Below the pieces are notes generated by a model. The model was not told the DNA's origin and did no database searches. It saw only the letters and a list, made by a program, of their open reading frames with translations. The translations under genes and the position numbers were made by a program. Below are positions 57,711 through 64,000 of a stretch of DNA of 64,000 nt, in pieces. The stretch is from an uncultured Bacteroidales bacterium (lineage in GTDB: Bacteria; Bacteroidota; Bacteroidia; Bacteroidales; CAYVNP01): positions 1,004 through 65,003 of the forward strand of contig CAYVNP010000006.1 in NCBI GenBank assembly GCA_964452905.1, in the 5' to 3' direction. Positions within the stretch are counted from its first letter, which is position 1. Each line of letters starts with the position of its first letter.

Positions 57711-59201
57711 CTATTTATTTACGATCAGCTTACCTTTGCTTAACTTACCATTCGAATGATTGATCAATGTATAGAAGTACAAACCGGCATCCATACCTTC
57801 ACCGGATAAAATATACTTCTCACCGGTCAGGCAGCTGAATTGCTTAACTTGTCTGCCTTGTATATCTGTTATGGTCAGAGTAAAATTTGCTTTTCCCGGA
57901 AGCATTAATATTGTTTGGGTTGTGAATGGATTTGGATAAAATTTTAATTCCGGAATAAGTTCATTTTCCTGAATATTTGTAATTATCAAATTATAAAGAG
58001 CCACCAGTGTTGTTGAGTGCATTCCTTTTTTCTTGTTGCATGTAATGGTTAGATACACCAGTATATTCCCTGATTTCCATGTGTCTTTCAAAAATGTTGA
58101 AGTGATGGTAAATGTTTTTTTATTCTGCACGATAATCCATTCGAAACTGATTTTATTGTTTTGTATGGAATGACTTTTAATATAAAACGTGTCAATGGGT
58201 GAAGTATAGTCAAGTATGCATGAATCCACATCAGCAAGGGGTATGCTGTCAACCGGTGGCACTACTGGTTTTATGATTAATGTATCCGGTAAAACATATA
58301 TTGATTTTTTCAGCAATGTTCCTTTATTTGTTAAGGTATACAAAGCATTGTTCATGATTTTTAAGTCAACAAAAACAGAATCTTTAAATTCTGTTTTCCA
58401 TGTGGTACCCGAATCAAGAGATGTATGTATGCCTTTGCTTGCCAGATAGATTGTATTATTTGCAAATTCAAACGTTGTTTTCTGATTATATCCGTAAGAA
58501 ACAGGATTGCTGCCCGAACTCTTCTTGAACGTTTTACCATAATCCGTAGAAAAATATATATCGGGACCTGCCTTTCCAGTCACTCCGATAATTATACCTT
58601 TATTATTTAAATAACTGTAATACCAGTTATACACGGTGGGTGCAAAAATCTCCCATTTGAATGTAGAATTATTTAGTATTCTTGATTGGAAATTATTATC
58701 GTATCCGACCAGTGCAATGGAATCATCCGCTGCAATAAACCATTTGTAATGTATGTATTGTATAGAGGGATAATCTAAATTGATCAGATTATTATTTTTA
58801 TACAAATAAACACCTCCATATTCCCCTTCATTGATCATCAGGTCTTTTTTAAAAAAATCAATTTGAGTTATACTGTTTGTTGGATGCGTGTAAAACAAAT
58901 TCAACGCATCGGTTTGTTTATAAACATATTTATCGGTTGAAATATAAAAAGCATTATCATTCCTGTCCAGATCAATAATGTTTCCTGACAGTATAGTATT
59001 GGAAGAATTAAACATATTCCATACAGAATCATTTGTTGAAATATAATATGAGTTGGAACCCGCTACCATTAAGCTATTGCCGGTAGCTTCCAAAAAGTTG
59101 GTTGCAATATTAAATTTCTTTATCACCTGCCAATCATTCTGCCCAAACAAACTGATCATACTTGCTGACAGGATCAATGCACTCATTAAATATTTTTTCA
59201 T
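57711..59201 (-). CDS. Secreted protein with Asp-box (BNR-like) motifs and T9SS C-terminal domain
   Basis: Signal peptide, STDYGKTF and SLDSGTTW Asp-boxes, and a C-terminal FYPNPFTTQTIL...GLYFYTL CTD. Confidence 0.6.
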   Translation of the reverse strand: MKKYLMSALILSASMISLFGQNDWQVIKKFNIATNFLEATGNSLMVAGSNSYYISTNDSVWNMFNSSNTILSGNIIDLDRNDNAFYISTDKYVYKQTDALNLFYTHPTNSITQIDFFKKDLMINEGEYGGVYLYKNNNLINLDYPSIQYIHYKWFIAADDSIALVGYDNNFQSRILNNSTFKWEIFAPTVYNWYYSYLNNKGIIIGVTGKAGPDIYFSTDYGKTFKKSSGSNPVSYGYNQKTTFEFANNTIYLASKGIHTSLDSGTTWKTEFKDSVFVDLKIMNNALYTLTNKGTLLKKSIYVLPDTLIIKPVVPPVDSIPLADVDSCILDYTSPIDTFYIKSHSIQNNKISFEWIIVQNKKTFTITSTFLKDTWKSGNILVYLTITCNKKKGMHSTTLVALYNLIITNIQENELIPELKFYPNPFTTQTILMLPGKANFTLTITDIQGRQVKQFSCLTGEKYILSGEGMDAGLYFYTLINHSNGKLSKGKLIVNK

Positions 59202-59291
59202 GTGTAATTGTTTTGTTTATAATTTTTATTTTCAAACATCTTGCGTACCAAATTTGTGCAAATTGAAGGAAGATTATTTATTTTTTTTAAA

Positions 59292-59415
59292 ATACTATTT
59301 TCACTACTCATATTCATCAAAAGAATATTTAATCTATACCTAAACTCAAAGATAGAAAAAATCTAATATATACAGAAACTGAATAAATAAAAATATTTTT
59401 AATATGAAACAATAC
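59292..59415. repeat. Direct repeat copy 1 (about 124 bp)
   Basis: By hand alignment with 60387-60510 I count about 14 mismatches in about 122 positions (atactattttca...agaaactgaataaataaaaatatttt...). Confidence 0.8.
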
Positions 59416-59616
59416 TAATCCGGCAAGGATTAAATATGAATAAACTCAAATGCAATATAGTGATGACAAACACCAAACTTAATTATTGCTAACCGTATCA
59501 CTTTTATGAATTTATTTCACTATTAGATAACACAAGTGTAAAGAATGTTTGTGAGTGATGCTCTTGTCAGCCCATCTTAATACCTGATTTGCAAATTAGC
59601 GAGTTGAAGTAAGTTT

Positions 59617-59958
59617 TTATTCTTTTTCAATCACGTCAATAATTTGTTCGTATAATTCGGGGATTTTATTTTTTGCAACATCCCAAACTATAGAATAATT
59701 AACACCCATATAGTCATGAATTAATCTATCCCGCATTCCAGCCAGATTCTTCCACAAAATTGAATTCCATTTCACTTTAAAATCAGCAGGAATTTTTTTT
59801 GTAGCTTCTCCAATTATTTCAAGACTTCTGACAACTGCTCTTTTTAACGTTTCATCATGAATGAAATCATCTTTGGTAATATCATTGTTGATGACAGATA
59901 TAATGTAATAACTCTCGTCCCGAATATGTTTTAAGTATTCAATTGGTTCCTTAGACAT
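59617..59958 (-). CDS. hepT: HepT-family (DUF86) toxin, type VII TA
   Basis: RDRLIHDY matches the Rx4HxY active-site motif. 113 aa. Overlaps the upstream MNT gene by 8 nt. Confidence 0.85.
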   Translation of the reverse strand: MSKEPIEYLKHIRDESYYIISVINNDITKDDFIHDETLKRAVVRSLEIIGEATKKIPADFKVKWNSILWKNLAGMRDRLIHDYMGVNYSIVWDVAKNKIPELYEQIIDVIEKE

Positions 59959-60253
59959 AAAATACTTCGTTTAAAATCTTTGGACCAATATAAGGACTTA
60001 AACCGTTTTTAGTAACAATTTCAACCTTTTCATTTTTAAAAAGGTTCTCAAATATATCATAAACAGCCATATAATTATCGTAATTTTCCTTATCCGGTTC
60101 AAAATCAATCAAAATATCAATATCACTTTTTTCCGACTGTTCGCCTCTTAGGTATGAACCAAAAAGTCCGATGTTACGAATCCCTAGTCGTGTTAGTTCA
60201 GGTTTGTAGGTTTTTATAGAAGTTAATATGTATTCTTTTGTTATCATATACAA
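59951..60253 (-). CDS. mntA: MNT-family nucleotidyltransferase antitoxin
   Basis: GLFGSYLRGEQSEKSDIDILIDF (GSx10DxD motif), 100 aa. Confidence 0.85.
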   Translation of the reverse strand: MYMITKEYILTSIKTYKPELTRLGIRNIGLFGSYLRGEQSEKSDIDILIDFEPDKENYDNYMAVYDIFENLFKNEKVEIVTKNGLSPYIGPKILNEVFYV

Positions 60254-60263
60254 AACGTCAACA

Positions 60264-60271
60264 CAAATATA
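60264..60271 (-). promoter_or_regulatory. Candidate -7 box (TATATTTG) for the mntA-hepT operon
   Basis: The reverse complement of caaatata is TATATTTG, about 11 nt upstream of the mntA ATG (short or leaderless transcript). Confidence 0.4.
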
Positions 60272-60386
60272 GCAAACTTAAAATCTAATTGATGCACTAT
60301 TTATAAAAATATCTGAAATGTATTCAAATGTATACAGAAAGTATTCATGTATAAACAAAATGGAAGACTATGAACTCCTTTTATTT

Positions 60387-60510
60387 ATACTATTTTCATA
60401 ACTCATATTCATTAAAATAATATTTAATCTTTTCCTAAATTTAAAGATAGATAAATTCTAATATATATAGAAACTGAATAAATAAAAATATTTTAAATAT
60501 GAAGCAGTAA
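60387..60510. repeat. Direct repeat copy 2 (about 124 bp)
   Basis: See copy 1. Same orientation, on the other side of the TA pair. Confidence 0.8.
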
Positions 60511-60550
60511 TGATACAGAAGAATTTAAATCTTTATTTCATGCATATTGC

Positions 60551-60587
60551 ATTTAATGGTGAAGGACTAGCTCAATCACCATTAAAT
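60551..60587. other. Perfect 12-bp stem hairpin of unclear role
   Basis: ATTTAATGGTGA-(13 nt)-TCACCATTAAAT followed by TTTTT on the + strand. No + strand gene lies upstream. Confidence 0.35.
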
Positions 60588-60600
60588 TTTTGCAGAAAAT

Positions 60601-60645
60601 AAATTTAATTAAAAAGCTCCGACAATTTATATTATCAGAGCTTTT
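60601..60645 (-). terminator. Rho-independent terminator of pgk
   Basis: The minus-strand RNA AAAAGCUCUGAUAAU-AUAAA-UUGUCGGAGCUUUUU forms a 15-bp stem (two G-U pairs, which would be C-A mismatches on the + strand) followed by a U-rich tail. It lies about 90 nt after the pgk stop. Confidence 0.6.
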
Positions 60646-60733
60646 AAAAACATATTAAGTATTTATCCGAACTTATAAATTAAAAATATAAATATTCGTA
60701 ATAAGTAATTCGTCATTTGTCATTCTAAAAGAA

Positions 60734-61993
60734 CTATTTTCCGCGAATTGCTTTCACACCCGGAAGTACTTTACCTTCAATATATTCAAGCATAGCGCCA
60801 CCACCTGTAGAAACATAACTCACTTTGTCGGAGAGTTTGAATTTGTTCACAGCGGCAACTGAATCACCACCGCCAACTAAGCTGTAAGCGCCTTTTGATG
60901 TTGCTTTCGCTATTGACTGAGCAATGGCTACTGTGCCTTTTTGGAATTTTTCCATTTCGAACACGCCCATTGGACCGTTCCAAAGAATGGTCTTGGAATT
61001 TTCAATCACATCACTGAACAGTTTGATTGATTCGTCAGCAATATCAAGACCTAACCAGCCATCTTTACCGTCAGCTATCTTGGTAACAGCGGTCTGTGCG
61101 TCATTGGAGAAGTTATCGGCAATCACCTGATCAACAGGCAGGATCAGGTTAACACCTTTGGCTTTTGCTTTCTTGATTACCTCAAGAGCAAGTTCCAGTT
61201 TATCTTCTTCACAAAGCGACTTCCCAATATTACCGCCCTGTGCCTTGATGAAGGTATAAGTCATACCACCGCCAATGATCAGATTATCCACTTTATCAAT
61301 AAGATTTTCAATCACAAGAATTTTATCAGACACCTTTGCACCACCCATGATAGCTGTGAATGGTTTTTCAGATTGTGATAAAACTTTTTCCAATGCTAAA
61401 AGTTCAGACACCATCAGGTAACCGAATAATTTTTCAGTTGGAAAAAAATCAGCAATGATCGCTGTAGAAGCATGTGCGCGGTGAGCTGTACCAAACGCAT
61501 CATTCACATATACATCTGCATACGTTGCCAGTTGTTCAGCCATTTTCCGTTGTTTTTCTTTCATGGCGGCTTTCTTGGCTTTGGCTTCTTCTTCTGTCAG
61601 ACCATCTTTTTTAACTTTACCTTCCTCTTCTTTGTAGAAACGAAGATTTTCGAGCAATAAGATTTCACCTGACTTTAATTCAGATGAAAGTTTTTTAGCT
61701 GATTCTCCTAAACAGTCATCGGCAAATTTGATGTCTTTCCCTGTCAATGCAGACAAAGCAGGAATAATATGTTTCAAAGAGAATTTATTTTCAGGACCTT
61801 CTTTTGGTCTGCCAAGGTGTGACATCAGGATAGCTGCGCCACCATCGTCAATAATTTTTTTAATTGTTTTCAGTGCACCACGGATACGCGTATCATCGCT
61901 AACCTGTAATGTTTCTTTATTTAAAGGCACGTTGAAATCAACGCGAACAATCGCCTTTTTCCCTTTGAAGTTGTAATTTTCTATTGTATACAT
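60734..61993 (-). CDS. pgk: Phosphoglycerate kinase
   Basis: [10 protein letters not shown]-terminus, [13 protein letters not shown], and GGGDS motifs, 419 aa. Confidence 0.95.
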   Translation of the reverse strand: MYTIENYNFKGKKAIVRVDFNVPLNKETLQVSDDTRIRGALKTIKKIIDDGGAAILMSHLGRPKEGPENKFSLKHIIPALSALTGKDIKFADDCLGESAKKLSSELKSGEILLLENLRFYKEEEGKVKKDGLTEEEAKAKKAAMKEKQRKMAEQLATYADVYVNDAFGTAHRAHASTAIIADFFPTEKLFGYLMVSELLALEKVLSQSEKPFTAIMGGAKVSDKILVIENLIDKVDNLIIGGGMTYTFIKAQGGNIGKSLCEEDKLELALEVIKKAKAKGVNLILPVDQVIADNFSNDAQTAVTKIADGKDGWLGLDIADESIKLFSDVIENSKTILWNGPMGVFEMEKFQKGTVAIAQSIAKATSKGAYSLVGGGDSVAAVNKFKLSDKVSYVSTGGGAMLEYIEGKVLPGVKAIRGK

Positions 61994-62105
61994 TCTGTTT
62001 AATTTTAATGATTATTTATATGAACAAAAATAACAATTAAATTTTATTTTCATTCAAATTTACCTGAATATTGTTCTCAGTTCACTGATAAATACTCACG
62101 GATAA

Positions 62106-64000
62106 TTATTTCACTTCTTCATAATCCACATCAGTAACTCCGGGGTCAGATGATGATGCATTTGCATTGGTTGAATCGGGTTGTTGTGCTTTTCCTCCGG
62201 GATTCTGTGCTTGTTCCTGACCTTGGCTTGCCTTGTACATTTCTTCACTGGCAGCTTGCCATGCCGTATTCAGCGTGTTGGTTGCACGTTCAATGCTGTC
62301 TAAATTTTGTGATTTATGTGCTTCTTTCAGTTCATTCAATGCTTTTTCAATCGGCTCTTTTTTATCTGCAGGAACTTTATCACCAAATTCTTTCAGTTGT
62401 TTTTCGGTTTGGAATATCAAGCCATCGGCTGCATTCAGCTTATCAATCCGTTCTTTTTCCTTTTTGTCAGATTCTTCATTGACTTTGGCTTCGTTCTTCA
62501 TTTTTTCTATTTCCGAATCGCTCAGTCCTGAAGATGCTTCAATACGGATGTTCTGTGATTTTCCGGTTGCTTTGTCTTTAGCAGACACATTGATAATACC
62601 ATTGGCATCAATATCAAATGCTACTTCTATCTGAGGAATACCGCGCGGTGCAGGTGGAATACCATCCAGGTGGAAACGACCAATTGTTCTGTTATCCTTT
62701 GCCATAGATCTTTCACCTTGCAGTACGTGGATTTCAACGGATGTCTGACTATCGGCAGCAGTGGAAAAGACTTCTGATTTTTTAGTTGGAATAGTTGTGT
62801 TGGATTCAATAAGTTTGGTCATTACGCCACCCAGTGTTTCAATTCCGAGAGAAAGAGGAGTTACATCGAGCAACAATACATCTTTTACTTCACCGGTCAA
62901 AACACCACCCTGAATTGCAGCGCCAACAGCAACTACTTCATCGGGGTTCACCCCTTTAGAAGGTGTTTTACCAAAAAACTTTTCTACCAATTGCTGAATA
63001 GCAGGAATACGAGTTGAACCACCCACAAGGATTACTTCATCTATGTTTGAAGCATTCATACCTGCATCTTTCAATGCTTGTTCACAAGGATGTACAGTTG
63101 CCTGAATCAAATGATCACACAGTTGTTCAAATTTTGCGCGTGTCAATTGGCGTACCAAATGCTTTGGAATACCATCCACCGGCATAATGTAAGGAAGATT
63201 AATTTCTGTTGAGGTTGAACTGGACAATTCAATTTTTGCTTTTTCAGCGGCTTCTTTCAAACGTTGCAATGCCATCGGATCCCTACGCAAATCAATACCT
63301 TCATCTTTTTTAAATTCATCTGCCAGCCAGTTGATCACTTCCTGATCAAAATCATCACCACCTAAGTGGGTATCACCATTGGTTGATTTCACTTCAAACA
63401 CACCTTCACCCAGTTCGAGGATTGAAATATCAAATGTACCGCCACCAAGGTCATACACAGCTATTTTCATATCTTTATGTTTTTTATCCATGCCATAAGC
63501 AAGTGCAGCGGCTGTTGGTTCATTGATGATTCGTCGAACAATCAGACCTGCGATCTCACCGGCTTCTTTGGTTGCCTGACGCTGTGAATCGCTGAAATAA
63601 GCTGGGACAGTGATAACGGCTTCTTTCACTTCCTGACCTAAATAATCTTCAGCGGTTTTTTTCATTTTCTGTAAAATCATTGCTGAGATTTCCTGGGGAG
63701 TATATAAGCGACCGTCAATATGCACACGGGGTGTATTGTTCTCTCCTTTTTCCACTTTGTATGAAACACGTCCTGTTTCTTTCGTCACTCTGTCAAACGT
63801 TTCACCCATGAAACGCTTGATTGAATAAACAGTACGCTGTGAGTTGGTAATTGCCTGACGTTTGGCAGGGTCACCCACTTTGCGTTCATTATTATCCGTA
63901 AAAGCAACAATGGATGGAGTCGTTCTCCGTCCTTCACTGTTAGGAATTACTACAGGTTCGTTTCCTTCCATAACTGCTACACAGGAGTTTGTTGTTCCAA
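62106..64000 (-). CDS. dnaK: Chaperone DnaK (Hsp70), partial (5' end beyond the right window edge)
   Basis: The frame stays open to position 64000 (…[18 protein letters not shown]...). [12 protein letters not shown] and [11 protein letters not shown] motifs. The track ORF start at 63971 is an internal Met. Confidence 0.95.
   Translation of the reverse strand, partial: GTTNSCVAVMEGNEPVVIPNSEGRRTTPSIVAFTDNNERKVGDPAKRQAITNSQRTVYSIKRFMGETFDRVTKETGRVSYKVEKGENNTPRVHIDGRLYTPQEISAMILQKMKKTAEDYLGQEVKEAVITVPAYFSDSQRQATKEAGEIAGLIVRRIINEPTAAALAYGMDKKHKDMKIAVYDLGGGTFDISILELGEGVFEVKSTNGDTHLGGDDFDQEVINWLADEFKKDEGIDLRRDPMALQRLKEAAEKAKIELSSSTSTEINLPYIMPVDGIPKHLVRQLTRAKFEQLCDHLIQATVHPCEQALKDAGMNASNIDEVILVGGSTRIPAIQQLVEKFFGKTPSKGVNPDEVVAVGAAIQGGVLTGEVKDVLLLDVTPLSLGIETLGGVMTKLIESNTTIPTKKSEVFSTAADSQTSVEIHVLQGERSMAKDNRTIGRFHLDGIPPAPRGIPQIEVAFDIDANGIINVSAKDKATGKSQNIRIEASSGLSDSEIEKMKNEAKVNEESDKKEKERIDKLNAADGLIFQTEKQLKEFGDKVPADKKEPIEKALNELKEAHKSQNLDSIERATNTLNTAWQAASEEMYKASQGQEQAQNPGGKAQQPDSTNANASSSDPGVTDVDYEEVK

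Noticed and set aside
1-64000. Search for CRISPR arrays, rRNA, transposases, integrases, reverse transcriptases and phage genes
   Set aside because: I saw no regularly spaced short repeats and no recombinase- or RT-like ORFs. The only tRNA has no adjacent integrase. The redox island therefore shows no obvious mobility signature. Scanning by eye may have missed degenerate remnants.

Overview
AT-rich chromosomal segment with Bacteroidota hallmarks: five proteins end in T9SS C-terminal sorting domains, TAnnTTTG -7 promoter boxes sit upstream of many genes, and the TonB-dependent receptors carry CarboxypepD_reg-type N-termini. I call 59 CDS, one gene fragment, one tRNA-Gln(UUG), several promoters and terminators, and two repeat pairs. 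fusA runs off the left edge and dnaK off the right edge. I saw no rRNA, CRISPR array, transposase or integrase.

Layout:
- 1-5.7 kb: str operon (rpsL-rpsG-fusA), folE, a BI-1 family protein, fabD.
- 5.7-12.6 kb: nucleotide-sugar cluster (WbpA/B/E/D-like set, rfbB, TviC/WbpP-like epimerase, CpsB-like phosphatase).
- 12.7-20.4 kb: transporters, tRNA-Gln, a small LRR protein, and an argS-radical SAM-unknown operon.
- 20.5-38.8 kb: the most unusual part. Eighteen co-directional minus-strand genes form a metal/sulfur-redox array: three TonB-dependent receptors (one OprC-like with a CxxxM/HxM site), NikR, an MbnP-like lipoprotein, a ferredoxin, an exported DsrE-like protein, a His/Cys-rich small protein, HdrC-HdrB-MvhD without HdrA, DUF4405, DUF1847, a thioesterase, two NifX-like proteins, a COG1237 MBL protein and DUF134. 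A divergent arm encodes a class V PLP enzyme, a methyltransferase, a Cys-rich micro-ORF and thioredoxin.
- 38.9-64 kb: MATE exporter, T9SS cargo genes, valS, mutY, pepA, an Mqn-type radical SAM enzyme, a basic repeat lipoprotein, a Cache sensor with a Cys/His C-terminal module, a HepT/MNT toxin-antitoxin pair bracketed by direct repeats, pgk and dnaK.

All functional calls come from motif recognition by eye; no searches were run.
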